Source: a virus (Duplodnaviria > Caudoviricetes). Taken from it: 64,000 nt of DNA. A model generated the notes under the pieces. It made no database searches, was not told the DNA's origin, and saw nothing but the letters and a program-made list of their open reading frames with translations. Of the stretch, positions 48,725-58,102 are shown piece after piece. Position 1 is the first letter of the stretch. Every line of letters begins with the position of its first letter. Location: positions 1 to 64,000 of the IMG/VR virus record IMGVR_UViG_2974518066_000001. One strand, 5' to 3'. The translations under genes and the position numbers were made by a program.

Positions 48725-48957
48725 CAGCCGATAATCTCGACTGCCATCTCGACGACCTTCATCGACGAAATGGCGTGGATCAGCTTCGTGCGATCGACCA
48801 CCGAGATCGAGCGGTCAGACAGCAGGACGGCCATCTCTTTCTGCAGCTCGGGGAACATGTCATCACGGATTGCCCGTTCGTCCGACGCGGCGGCGAGAAT
48901 GGCAATGTCGTCGGTGTCCGGATTCATCATCTGGACGCCAAAGAGGCTCAGCTTCAT
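48724..48957 (-). CDS. Hypothetical protein
   Basis: Coupled ORF. Confidence 0.5.
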   Translation of the reverse strand: MKLSLFGVQMMNPDTDDIAILAAASDERAIRDDMFPELQKEMAVLLSDRSISVVDRTKLIHAISSMKVVEMAVEIIG

Positions 48958-48969
48958 GACTTCCCTTTC

Positions 48970-49614
48970 TTATGCCGCTTGGGCGTAGGCGCGGGCGCGC
49001 TCGACTTCGTGGTAGGCCTCGAAGTCCGGGTCGTAGTGACCCTCGTCGCACAGGAGGTTGAACAGGCGCTGGGTGGCCTTGATGTCCACGATCGCGGAGT
49101 GGGCGTTCTCCAGCTTCTCGCCGAAGAAGAACATCATGGCCTCTTCCAGCTTGGGCCACTTGTAGTCCGTCCGCCCGTCGCCCTTCTTGATCTTGCAGAT
49201 CGGCGTCGCGGTCTTCATCGTGCAAAGCGTGGGCTTGCCGACGAGGACGGTCGAATGGTGCAGGCTGCTGTTGAGGCGCGAATATTCGATGCCCATCAGC
49301 TTCGTGTCGAACGCGGTATTGTGACACACGATGAAGTCGGCGTTCGCCGCCATGATCATGAACATATCAACCGCGTCGGCGATCGGGATGCCGGACTCTT
49401 CGCACATCTCTTCCGTGATGCCGGTGAGTTCCTTGGCCTTCGCGCCGATCGTCCAGCCGTCAGGCTTGATCAGCGTGTCGAGGACGATGGCATCCTGACC
49501 GTTGATCTGCAGGACGGCGCCGAGCTGCGTGATGTGCGGCTGCGTGGGGTGGGAGAGTGGGACCGACCGGTTCGGCAGGCCCGTGGTTTCGGTGTCGAAG
49601 AAGAGGAAGTTCAT
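48970..49614 (-). CDS. DnaQ-like 3'-5' exonuclease
   Basis: FDTETTG, HN..FD, CTM, PKLEE, AHSA..D. Confidence 0.92.
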   Translation of the reverse strand: MNFLFFDTETTGLPNRSVPLSHPTQPHITQLGAVLQINGQDAIVLDTLIKPDGWTIGAKAKELTGITEEMCEESGIPIADAVDMFMIMAANADFIVCHNTAFDTKLMGIEYSRLNSSLHHSTVLVGKPTLCTMKTATPICKIKKGDGRTDYKWPKLEEAMMFFFGEKLENAHSAIVDIKATQRLFNLLCDEGHYDPDFEAYHEVERARAYAQAA

Positions 49615-49949
49615 GCGCCGCGCACCGCGTCAGCGAACACGGAAGGCGTCAGCAGCTCGCTGTCGATCGTGTTCTGGGTGGCGACCAGCGCTTCGGTTTC
49701 CATGTCGTCGATCGTGCTGTCGTAGGCGGCCTGACGCATCGCCTCGTGGATCGCGTTCACCAGCGGGCGGTAGACGGACAGCACGATGTAGCTGATGAGC
49801 AGCGGGAGGAGGACGAACCAGATGGGGAGGTCGAGCTTCCAGTAGGTGTTCGCGGCGGAAGTTACCGCCGACGTGGCGAGGCTCACGAGGACCGTGCGGA
49901 AGGTGCCGGGTCCGGAGTTCAGATAGCGCTCGGGCGCTTCAATGTTCAT
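49611..49949 (-). CDS. Membrane protein
   Basis: Hydrophobic LPIWFVLLPLLISYIVLSVY. Confidence 0.55.
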   Translation of the reverse strand: MNIEAPERYLNSGPGTFRTVLVSLATSAVTSAANTYWKLDLPIWFVLLPLLISYIVLSVYRPLVNAIHEAMRQAAYDSTIDDMETEALVATQNTIDSELLTPSVFADAVRGA

Positions 49950-50112
49950 TATAACTAACCCTTCAAGACACAGGGATGCCGTGGCGCGGGACGCGCTGGC
50001 TGTGGGCGAGTTGCCGAGGGGAGGTGCAAGGAAATCCGGACGGATCGGAGGATACGAAGCGATTTCTCTGGGTCTAACCGATCTTGTGGTCGGTCGATTT
50101 CCTTGCAAGCCC

Positions 50113-50153
50113 TTGGTAACGAATGGGTGAGGAATGTCAAGTTAAAATAACAC
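50113..50153 (-). promoter_or_regulatory. Conserved promoter/operator
   Basis: GTGTTATTTTAACTTGACA, 16-bp spacer, TACCAA. Confidence 0.8.
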
Positions 50154-50164
50154 TCCTCGGCACT

Positions 50165-52600
50165 TTAGTGGGTTACCGACCAGTCGATGCCCGACGACGC
50201 GGACGCTTCGACCGGGAGAGCGAACTGGAGATATTCACCAGCCTTCGCCGCCGCCTCGATGCAGATGCGTTCGATTTCGCTCTGGAGACCTTCACGCGCC
50301 GCGATCTGCACTTCGTCGTGGACCCAAGCGCAGAAGGTGTAGTCGCCATCCCAACCATATTGCAGACCAGCATCGTTGAGCATGTCTTCGATGAAGATCA
50401 GCCACCAGTTGGCGATCGTGGCGCCCATGCCCTGCAGGTCGGTGTTCAACGCGGCGTGCGAGGAACGGACGAACAGGCGACGACCATCAATGCCAGTGAT
50501 GTATTTGCGCTTCGCCTGACGCTGGATGTCACGGATGACCTTGTTCAGCGCGGGCAGGTTGCGGAGGAAGCGAGCCTTGAGTTCCTTACCGATCTTGGCC
50601 TGAATGTGGGGCGGAGCGAGCGGGTTGACGATGGAGCCGATCTTCTCGTCGCCCGCCCCGTAGAGGAAGGCGTAGATGAAGGTCTTGGCCGTGTCTCGGG
50701 AGTCCAGCTCGGCCAGCGACTGGTTCTCCGAGTGGATGTCGCCTTCCAGCAGAACCTTGCCGTAGGCGCCGCCGTCATACTGCGCCATGCGGTGAGCCAG
50801 ACAGCGAAGTTCGATGCCCGCCAAGTCGGAGCCGGTCAGCAGGAAGCCTTCGGGGACGGTGAAGAGAGAGCGGGACTCGATGCCCCAGCCGCCGCGAAGC
50901 CCGAGCAGCTTGAGCCCGACTTCATCGCCCTTGACCTTGCTGACGATCGCCGGGGTGACGCCCTTCCACATCACCGTGGCGCCGGGCGTCAGCATCCCGT
51001 CGAACGTGATGTCGTCGAGCTTGGCCTTCTTCGACTTGATCGCCGGGACCTGTGCGAGGTTCGGGAAGGAGTGGGTGGCACGGGTGGTGACCGCGCCGCA
51101 GGGGTTGACGTAGGCGTGGATGAAGCCATCCTCGTCCACCTGCTTGAGCCATGCCTGCGAGCCGTCCGCCAACTGACCCATGAGCTTGTTCAGCGCCATG
51201 AGGTCGGCCAGCGGCTCAGCGACCGGGAAGCGATCGATGATGCGCCGCAGGATCACGTCGTTGGCCTTGACGTTCCCCTTCTCGGTGTAGTCCTCGTCCT
51301 CCGGTTGCCAGCCCAAGTCCTGCAGCCGGTCGGTGATCTGCGGCCGGGAGCGCGGGTTGAACTCCTGCCACTTCACCGGCGTGAACCACGAGCCTGCGTC
51401 GTAGCGGGCGCGGAAAGGATCAGCGTAGTTGAGAGCCGCCTTGGTCTTTTCCTTGGGGACGCCCCACCAGCGGTTTTCCTCGATCTCCTCCTCGGTGATC
51501 CCGAAGTCCGGGAACTCACCGCCGGTAGCCGCCCGGCCCATCGGAGCGGTGTCCATGCGCTTCTCACCGATGAAGCGGCCGGGGAACTCGATGTCGAGCA
51601 CGCCTTCCAGCTTCGTCCGTTCGACGCGCAGGTCACTGGCCAGCGCTTCGCCGTCCTCGACGTTGAAGAAGAAGCCGCTCTCCTGCTGGCGCGCCATGAG
51701 ATCGGCGAGCCGGTGCTGGACATAGACCGCCTCGTCGGAGATCAGCTCCAAGCGGGGCAGGATGAGCTTGATCAGCTCGCAGGTGACACCCACGTCGTTG
51801 ACGCAATAGTCTTCCAGCTCCTGCGACCACTTGCCCCAGACATGGCGACGCATTTCGTCGGAGCCCTTCTCGTAGCCAAGCTCCAGCCCTTCGGCCTCCT
51901 TGATCTTCGAGTAGTCGCCCTTGAACATGTTGAGGCGCTGGCCCCATGCGTCGAGCTTGTGGGTGCCGATCAACTTGCCGTCGATCTTGCCCGCTTCGTG
52001 CAGGCGGAAGTCCTTGTCCTTCTGGTCCGGGAAGAGGAGACGGGCGAGAACCATCGTGTCCCGGATGCGCGCCTGCGGCGTCCACCACGGATACAGCTTC
52101 TCCAGCATCGGGATATCGAAGCCGATGAGGTTGTGGTTCCAGATTTCTTCCGCGCTGTCGAGCAGGTCGAACAGCTTCTCGATATTGTTCTCGCGCTTGT
52201 TCTGGCGGAACATCCAGCGCTGGCCGGTGTCGAAGTCGCGGACGGCGACGCAGTGAACGCGCGTAACCTCCCGAAGGAGGCCGTCTGTTTCCGCGTCAAA
52301 CACCAGAATGCGGTGCTTGATCTTCTTGTCTTTGATAACCAAGGGAGCGTTTGCCTTTTTGAGGATGGCATCGCAGTGGCAGCGGAGAGGTTTGCACCAG
52401 CAAAGGAGGTGCTTTCCGCGCAGCGGTTCGACATCCAGTTCGGGAAGGACGAACTTCTCGAACTTGTCGCAGACCGTATCGCGCGATCCGTGCTTTCCAC
52501 CGATGTAGGGGTTACCCCAAGGCGTGCCGCGACCGCAGTAGACGTCACCCTTGGGATACTTCTTGGTCCGGAGATTCCAGACCTGTGGCGTGTCAGGCAA
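50165..52600 (-). CDS. T7-type family A DNA polymerase with N-terminal DUF4326-like domain
   Basis: FDAETDG, HN.IGFD, YC.ND, TTRATH..PN.AQ, D..GIELR, AKTFIYAFLYG, VHDE; N-terminal YCGR.TPWGNP...LRGK.L.CWC.P..CHCD. Confidence 0.93.
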   Translation of the reverse strand: MPDTPQVWNLRTKKYPKGDVYCGRGTPWGNPYIGGKHGSRDTVCDKFEKFVLPELDVEPLRGKHLLCWCKPLRCHCDAILKKANAPLVIKDKKIKHRILVFDAETDGLLREVTRVHCVAVRDFDTGQRWMFRQNKRENNIEKLFDLLDSAEEIWNHNLIGFDIPMLEKLYPWWTPQARIRDTMVLARLLFPDQKDKDFRLHEAGKIDGKLIGTHKLDAWGQRLNMFKGDYSKIKEAEGLELGYEKGSDEMRRHVWGKWSQELEDYCVNDVGVTCELIKLILPRLELISDEAVYVQHRLADLMARQQESGFFFNVEDGEALASDLRVERTKLEGVLDIEFPGRFIGEKRMDTAPMGRAATGGEFPDFGITEEEIEENRWWGVPKEKTKAALNYADPFRARYDAGSWFTPVKWQEFNPRSRPQITDRLQDLGWQPEDEDYTEKGNVKANDVILRRIIDRFPVAEPLADLMALNKLMGQLADGSQAWLKQVDEDGFIHAYVNPCGAVTTRATHSFPNLAQVPAIKSKKAKLDDITFDGMLTPGATVMWKGVTPAIVSKVKGDEVGLKLLGLRGGWGIESRSLFTVPEGFLLTGSDLAGIELRCLAHRMAQYDGGAYGKVLLEGDIHSENQSLAELDSRDTAKTFIYAFLYGAGDEKIGSIVNPLAPPHIQAKIGKELKARFLRNLPALNKVIRDIQRQAKRKYITGIDGRRLFVRSSHAALNTDLQGMGATIANWWLIFIEDMLNDAGLQYGWDGDYTFCAWVHDEVQIAAREGLQSEIERICIEAAAKAGEYLQFALPVEASASSGIDWSVTH

Positions 52601-52955
52601 TTTGCGTGGTGCGCCCGCCGCTACGGTAGACGCTACCATCGTCATCCATGAAGACGTGGGTGTCGCTGTGCTGACGGAGAATGCGACCGAGCGTCTTCCC
52701 GGAAGTCTCGCGGTAACGGTCGAACTCGGCTTGGAGGCGATCATACTTCGCCTTCCAGTCGCGCTCGATCTGATTGTAGCGATCGGAAGAGGGAGGCGTA
52801 TAAAACGCCATCCCTTCGTTCTCCACGCCGCCCGCGATACCTTCTCCCACTTCTTGGCGTTGCTCCTTCGTCATCTGTTCAACCAGATGCCAGCAGCCCG
52901 CCTCTTCCATGGAAATCTCGAAGCACTCCTGATAGTAGTCGGCCTTCCCGTTCAT
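52593..52955 (-). CDS. Hypothetical protein
   Basis: 120 aa, coupled to neighbours. Confidence 0.6.
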   Translation of the reverse strand: MNGKADYYQECFEISMEEAGCWHLVEQMTKEQRQEVGEGIAGGVENEGMAFYTPPSSDRYNQIERDWKAKYDRLQAEFDRYRETSGKTLGRILRQHSDTHVFMDDDGSVYRSGGRTTQIA

Positions 52956-53094
52956 GCGAAGCCGTCCGGATCGTCAGGACCGTCGAACCAATCGAGAATG
53001 TAAGGAGCGGCCACGAGGGCGGCCAAGAAGTAGAGCGGATACAGGAACGATTGCACCTGCAGCCACATCAGGATTTGCTTGTCCATGGGACCTC

Positions 53095-53610
53095 CTAGAG
53101 GTTCATTTCGAGTTGGGTGTCGTGGTGAGCCTGTTCCACGTTCGGGTTCACCAGCGAGGTCCACGACAGCTTCACCGCCTCTTTCAGGAAGTGGTTGAAG
53201 CCATAGTCGTGACAGACCAGCCGACCGTTCAGCATCCCGAAGTTGCCGAAGTGGATATCGTCGAAGAAAGCTGGCAGCTTACCGCCGATCTTCTCAACCT
53301 CCGCCTTGAACTCCTTGTCAGTCTCGAACGGCTTGGTCCGATCCTGAATGAGGCAGATGCCCATGGCGTCGATATAGTGGCACGGCGCGAACCAGTGCTC
53401 GATCGGCGTGTCCTTCACCTCGGACCAGACCTTGAACTCGGTGATGTTGCAGAACTCGGCGCCGCGATCCTCCACCTTCACCACCCGATTTTCATCGTGG
53501 CGGAGAAGGTAGACTTTGCGGTAGGAGCCCTTGCCGAGCCGCTCCCCGACGAACGTGCGAAGGATGCAGTCGGCGATGCCCTTGTTGTGATCGCAGACCG
53601 ACTTAGGCAT
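53095..53610 (-). CDS. Minimal protein-kinase-fold enzyme
   Basis: LGKGSYRKVY Gly loop, VVK, E helix, DIHFGN catalytic loop, DYG. Confidence 0.82.
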   Translation of the reverse strand: MPKSVCDHNKGIADCILRTFVGERLGKGSYRKVYLLRHDENRVVKVEDRGAEFCNITEFKVWSEVKDTPIEHWFAPCHYIDAMGICLIQDRTKPFETDKEFKAEVEKIGGKLPAFFDDIHFGNFGMLNGRLVCHDYGFNHFLKEAVKLSWTSLVNPNVEQAHHDTQLEMNL

Positions 53611-55228
53611 ACCAGCGCCCATTCATCATGGTCAGGATGGCGCGCTTGCCGTTGGCGTAGGTCACGATGTGAGCGTGAGCCCACGACGACAGGCCCTTAT
53701 TGTAGCCCATGTCCATCGATCCCGAGACGCCCGACACATAAGCGCCGTCGAGGATCGCCGGGCTATGCGTGTGGCCGGTGTTCGACTTCGATCCCATCCG
53801 AGTGAAGGCGTTCGGGCTGGCCTTGGCGCCGTTGGCACCGAGGTGGCCGTGCATCCCGCACTCGATGTCGCCGCAGATCATGAACGAGTTGTCTTCGTTC
53901 ACGAACTCCACGTCGGCCGGGCACCCGGCGGCGCGAAGAACATCCTCGAACACCGGCGGGCTGGTGACGCCGCTCGCGAGATAGCGATAGAAGTTCGCCT
54001 GCGTCCGCAGGAAGAACTCGGCGTTCTCCGGATCGTCCCGGTAGTCGGCCGTCTTGAGCCACTTCACCAGCGCCTGATCGTGGTTCGATTCCACGACGAT
54101 CGCCTGACAGTCATCACGGGCGACTTCCTGCAGGAACGTCGCACAACCGTGCAGAGCCGATTCCACATTCGCGACGCCGTGATAGTGGGTCGCAAACCGG
54201 AAGTGATGGTCCTTGATGTTGTGGTGGTTCCGGGGCGCGAAGTCCGAGAGATCGTGATAGAACTCGAAGTTCGGCCGAAGATGCTCGATCAGCGAGCCGC
54301 CGGTCAGATACCGCTCGCTGGTCTCGGTATCATATCCCCAAGTCGTCATGGCGACGATAGGGTCCAGCTTCTCGTGATGGATGTCGCCGTAGGTCAGCGC
54401 TTCGACGCGCACGTTCTCCGTGACACCCTTGGGCGTGATGTAGAGATCGAGATCGTAGAAGGAGCCGTCGTCATAGCTCGTCGCCAGCAGATGGCGGCAC
54501 CAGAAGGAACCGTCCGGTGCCAGCTCGACCAGCACCGCGCCGCAGACGTGATGGAAGCTGGCCTTGATGCCCGCCTTCTTGCGGATGTAGTTGGGCAGGG
54601 TGACCGAGCCCGTGGTCATGATCTGCTTGGCGATCTTCCCCTTCATCGTCGGGACCGACACCAACTGGACCTTGGGGTGCGGGAAGACGCCCCACTTGTC
54701 TCGGGTGTAGGTCTCGAAGCCCGACAGCGGCTTGACCGCCGTGGGGAGGGTGTTCATCTCGCCGCAGAAGGTGACGCCGGTGCCGATCTTCGCCGGTTCG
54801 TGGACGATGTAATCGTCGATCGACGGGTGGAAGCCGACCTTGGGCGAGCGCGTCTCGTGGTCCTCGAACAGCGTCTTGCTGTAGGTATAGCCGCCGATCA
54901 GGATTTCGCAGTTTTCCAGATACTCGGCGTAGACGTTGAGTGCCTGCCAGAACTCCTCATGGATCGCCGAGGAGTCCTGAGCCGAGGTCAGGATGAAATA
55001 GCGAGGCCGATCGGCCATCGGCTCGAAGGTCAGCGGGCGCGGCGGCCGGTTGCTGGTGAAGAAGAAGGTGATCTGGTCGCCGACTCCTTCGGAGGCAAGG
55101 GCGTGGAGATCGCGGGCGGCTCGCTTGAGGCGGCTGCGGAGGGTAGATTCCGCGATACCGAGAGCGCGAGCAGCGGGGCGAATGCCGCCGTGGGTATCGA
55201 TGGCTTCATGATAGGTCTGGATTTCCAT
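53603..55228 (-). CDS. HTH plus calcineurin-like metallophosphoesterase
   Basis: N-terminal IRPAARALGIAESTLR; GDIH, HD..D, SNHD, HGH, GHTH. Confidence 0.85.
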   Translation of the reverse strand: MEIQTYHEAIDTHGGIRPAARALGIAESTLRSRLKRAARDLHALASEGVGDQITFFFTSNRPPRPLTFEPMADRPRYFILTSAQDSSAIHEEFWQALNVYAEYLENCEILIGGYTYSKTLFEDHETRSPKVGFHPSIDDYIVHEPAKIGTGVTFCGEMNTLPTAVKPLSGFETYTRDKWGVFPHPKVQLVSVPTMKGKIAKQIMTTGSVTLPNYIRKKAGIKASFHHVCGAVLVELAPDGSFWCRHLLATSYDDGSFYDLDLYITPKGVTENVRVEALTYGDIHHEKLDPIVAMTTWGYDTETSERYLTGGSLIEHLRPNFEFYHDLSDFAPRNHHNIKDHHFRFATHYHGVANVESALHGCATFLQEVARDDCQAIVVESNHDQALVKWLKTADYRDDPENAEFFLRTQANFYRYLASGVTSPPVFEDVLRAAGCPADVEFVNEDNSFMICGDIECGMHGHLGANGAKASPNAFTRMGSKSNTGHTHSPAILDGAYVSGVSGSMDMGYNKGLSSWAHAHIVTYANGKRAILTMMNGRWYA

Positions 55229-55240
55229 GTGTTAGTTAAA

Positions 55241-56011
55241 CTAACCCTGTTGGGCACAGAAAACCGGCTTCGCGGTCTTCGGGTGCGAGTAGCTGATGGA
55301 GGCCGGGCCGCGCACATGGCGCCAGTCCCAGATGAACCACGAATAGTTGTGGCGAGGAGAGCCGGTGGAGCCTTCGATCCAGCGCGGGCGCTTGGTCACC
55401 ACGATCTTCTTGTGGAAGGGTGGGAGGCCAAACAGGTCCATGCGCTTGGCGCCGCTGTCGAACTCGTTGCGGAGGAACATCGCGACCTGCCCCTTCACCG
55501 GCTCCATGAGCTTGATGGCGTGGCGGCAGAACTTCTCCGCGAGGCCGTCAGCGTAGGGGGGGTTGGTGATGATCGCTCGCGGCGCGACGTAGGGCGCGTC
55601 CTCGCCGTAGCTCTTGATCATCGGTAGCCCGGTGGCCGTAAGGAAGTCCTTGCCCGGCTCTCCATAGCCCTGATCGTTCAGGTCCGTGGAGATCACGGTG
55701 TGGCCGAACTGTCCGAGACGTTTGGAGATCGCACCGTTGCCGCAGGCCGGTTCCCAGACCAGTTGATGGAAGCTGATATGCTCCAGCAAGCAGTCCACGT
55801 TCTCAGGCGGTGTGGGGTAGAAATCCTCGGCGATGCGCTCATAGCCGCTGTCGCCAAGCATAGCGCTGTCCCGCCGGGCCGCTTCCTGACGCCGCAGAAT
55901 TTCCTCTGCAGCGTCAGCATCTACCCGAGGAAGGGAGCCGCCTCCGCCGGTGCCTACCGACGCCCACTTCGCTTCGAGGTCGCGGTGCTGGTATGCAAGG
56001 TCAGCCAGCAC
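55241..56011 (-). CDS. DNA amino-methyltransferase (probably N6-adenine)
   Basis: DFYPTP, WEPACGNG, IITNPPY. Confidence 0.88.
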   Translation of the reverse strand: MLADLAYQHRDLEAKWASVGTGGGGSLPRVDADAAEEILRRQEAARRDSAMLGDSGYERIAEDFYPTPPENVDCLLEHISFHQLVWEPACGNGAISKRLGQFGHTVISTDLNDQGYGEPGKDFLTATGLPMIKSYGEDAPYVAPRAIITNPPYADGLAEKFCRHAIKLMEPVKGQVAMFLRNEFDSGAKRMDLFGLPPFHKKIVVTKRPRWIEGSTGSPRHNYSWFIWDWRHVRGPASISYSHPKTAKPVFCAQQG

Positions 56012-56210
56012 GGGCGCGGCGCTCCTGTCGCTGGTAATGGAGGGTCAGCTTCTCCGCCGCGCTCAGGGGCTGCGGCGTTTCGTTGAGCCGGGCGGCGATG
56101 GCGTCGAACACCTCCTTGGTTTCGGAGAGAGACGGGCCAGTGAAGGCGGCCGACACGACGACATCGGACCCCGGCGGCGTCGTGGTGATCGAGATATTGG
56201 TGTGGCTCAT
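56001..56210 (-). CDS. Hypothetical protein
   Basis: ORF from MSHTNIS. Confidence 0.45.
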   Translation of the reverse strand: MSHTNISITTTPPGSDVVVSAAFTGPSLSETKEVFDAIAARLNETPQPLSAAEKLTLHYQRQERRARAG

Positions 56211-56256
56211 GCAGCGAAAGTCCCGTGCGTGTGGGAGACGATTTTGATGTCCATGG

Positions 56257-57000
56257 TCAGATTCCGTAGCCGCGATTTGCGTAGCCGAGCGGGACGTAGT
56301 TGCCCTGCCAGCGATTGATCTCCTCGAACTTTTCGAGGAACATCCGCTTGGCCTCCTTGGGCGACCAGCAGTAGAACTCGGGCACGACTTCATCGATCGT
56401 CACGCCCGGATGATCCGCTTCATTGCCGTAGGGGATCGGCGGCTTGCCGATGAGCTTGTCGCGCTCCAAGAAGATCATCATGTTGTCCACCTTCTTGGTG
56501 GCTTCGACGATGGCGCCGCAGACCGGGACACTGAACTCGTCGATGATCGCGCTCATCAGCTCGCGCTCATAGTCGTAATAGCCGCCGAGGTAGGGCTTGA
56601 GCGGGCGAGGCACGTCGCACAGATATGCCTCACTGGCGTCGTGCATCAGGCCGTAGAGCGCCGGGCTCTTGACCCGCTCCCACTCGGCGTCGGGCACCAG
56701 TTTCTGGCGGCCGAGGTTCACCAGATCGGCGACGATGACGCAGTGCTGGGCGACCGAATAATGGATGGGGTCGCCGGTGGCGAGGTCGGAGGTTCCGCCC
56801 ATCCAACGGCACTGGAGTGAAAGCGAGTGTGCGATATACTCGATGTCCAGCTTGTTGATGGGATGCTTGGGTTCGAGCGGGGCGAAGACGCGCCCATGGG
56901 GGAGCTGAATCCAGTCGGAGGTCGGGAAGCCGCAGTCGATCGGCGGCAACGCCGGGTCATAACGATCCGGCGTCCCCGGAAGGGGAGGGAATTGGCTCAT
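56257..57000 (-). CDS. HD-domain 5'-deoxynucleotidase (YfbR-like)
   Basis: IAHSLS..CR, YSVAQHC, LMHDASEAYL.D.P.PLK. Confidence 0.88.
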   Translation of the reverse strand: MSQFPPLPGTPDRYDPALPPIDCGFPTSDWIQLPHGRVFAPLEPKHPINKLDIEYIAHSLSLQCRWMGGTSDLATGDPIHYSVAQHCVIVADLVNLGRQKLVPDAEWERVKSPALYGLMHDASEAYLCDVPRPLKPYLGGYYDYERELMSAIIDEFSVPVCGAIVEATKKVDNMMIFLERDKLIGKPPIPYGNEADHPGVTIDEVVPEFYCWSPKEAKRMFLEKFEEINRWQGNYVPLGYANRGYGI

Positions 57001-57032
57001 GTCGGGGGAAATCCTGCTATCAGGGTTCAGCG

Positions 57033-57074
57033 TGGGTAGACGCAATATTCCGCAATGTCAAGTTAAACTAACAC
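57033..57074 (-). promoter_or_regulatory. Conserved promoter/operator
   Basis: GTGTTAGTTTAACTTGACA, 17-bp spacer, TACCCA. Confidence 0.8.
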
Positions 57075-57379
57075 TGCTTGGTCGGTAAAATGGCACCCAT
57101 GTCCTTGCCCGCGTTCTCCAAGGCATCACGCATCAGATCGCCAGCGAGGGTCTGGAGGAGGTCGTTCAGATATTCCATCGCCTCCTTGTAACCGGTGCAG
57201 GACGAAGCCGAGTGCGTCGATATCTTGATCGTCTTCGGGTCGCCATATTCTGCGAACCAGCGAACGGCGGCGAGGGCCTTTTCAGCCTTCCAGAGCTTGT
57301 TCCGCAGCTCGGTGGTGGCTTCCGCTGCTTGGGCAGAAAGCGAAGCCACTTTCTCGGCGACATCAGGGGAGAGGTTCAT
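57068..57379 (-). CDS. Hypothetical protein
   Basis: ORF from MNLSPD. Confidence 0.5.
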   Translation of the reverse strand: MNLSPDVAEKVASLSAQAAEATTELRNKLWKAEKALAAVRWFAEYGDPKTIKISTHSASSCTGYKEAMEYLNDLLQTLAGDLMRDALENAGKDMGAILPTKQC

Positions 57380-57885
57380 TCCGCAACTGCCACCAGTTGA
57401 ACCGACAAGATCGCCATCTCGTCGTCGAGCCCGGCCGAGGACAGCGCGCAGGGCGTCTCGTTGGACGTGATGTAGGTGATCTTGAAGATGGCCGACCGGC
57501 CGGTGTAGCCGCCGCCGAACGGATCGAACTCGCGGAGCAGCATCTTGTCGCCGACCCGATACTGGCGGTCGCGCTTGTTCCGCATGTCGTGCTTCTTGGT
57601 GCCGTCGAGCATGGGGCCGAAGAACTGCGGCCACGACTTGACCTCGTAGTCATAGGCGTTGGTGGGCTGGCGGAAGACCTGCAGCGCGCCGTGCTGATAG
57701 TCATAGACATCAGTGGCCGCCGCCAGCTCGGGCGGGATAGTGAATGGGCTCAGGGGATTGGGCATGAAGGCCTTCTCAGATTCTTGGTTTTGGGAGCGGT
57801 GGCACAGTCCCGCTTGGCAGTCGGAGCAGTATTTGTGACTGATTCCGTAGGACTCGCCGCAGCAGCTACAGTCGTAATGGGCCAT
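57376..57885 (-). CDS. DUF3850 (ASCH/PUA-like) protein with N-terminal Cys cluster
   Basis: K.WPQFF....G.K..D.R..DR.Y.VGD..LLREF; CxxC...CxxC. Confidence 0.8.
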   Translation of the reverse strand: MAHYDCSCCGESYGISHKYCSDCQAGLCHRSQNQESEKAFMPNPLSPFTIPPELAAATDVYDYQHGALQVFRQPTNAYDYEVKSWPQFFGPMLDGTKKHDMRNKRDRQYRVGDKMLLREFDPFGGGYTGRSAIFKITYITSNETPCALSSAGLDDEMAILSVQLVAVAE

Positions 57886-58100
57886 CAGACGGCGCTGATG
57901 TCGTAGCGGTGGCGCCAGCCTTCGGTGCCGAAGGTGTCATCTTCATCCATCACGTCCAGCGCGGTGATGACCTCTTCGAGAATATACCGCTTGTCATCGG
58001 TCTCGATTTCTTCGGCGTCACCGATCAGCTTGGTCAGCAACTCGGTGAAGAGCTGATCGACGGGACCATCTTTCAGGTCGTAGACTTTGGTTCGGGGCAT
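57885..58100 (-). CDS. Hypothetical protein
   Basis: LD...DD.FGTEGWRH. Confidence 0.55.
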   Translation of the reverse strand: MPRTKVYDLKDGPVDQLFTELLTKLIGDAEEIETDDKRYILEEVITALDVMDEDDTFGTEGWRHRYDISAV

Positions 58101-58102
58101 GT

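Noticed and set aside
39969-57000. 2-aminoadenine (Z-genome) pathway suggested by MazG, HD hydrolase and PolA
   Set aside because: No PurZ/adenylosuccinate synthetase homologue in the window, the genes are not clustered, and a probable adenine methyltransferase is present
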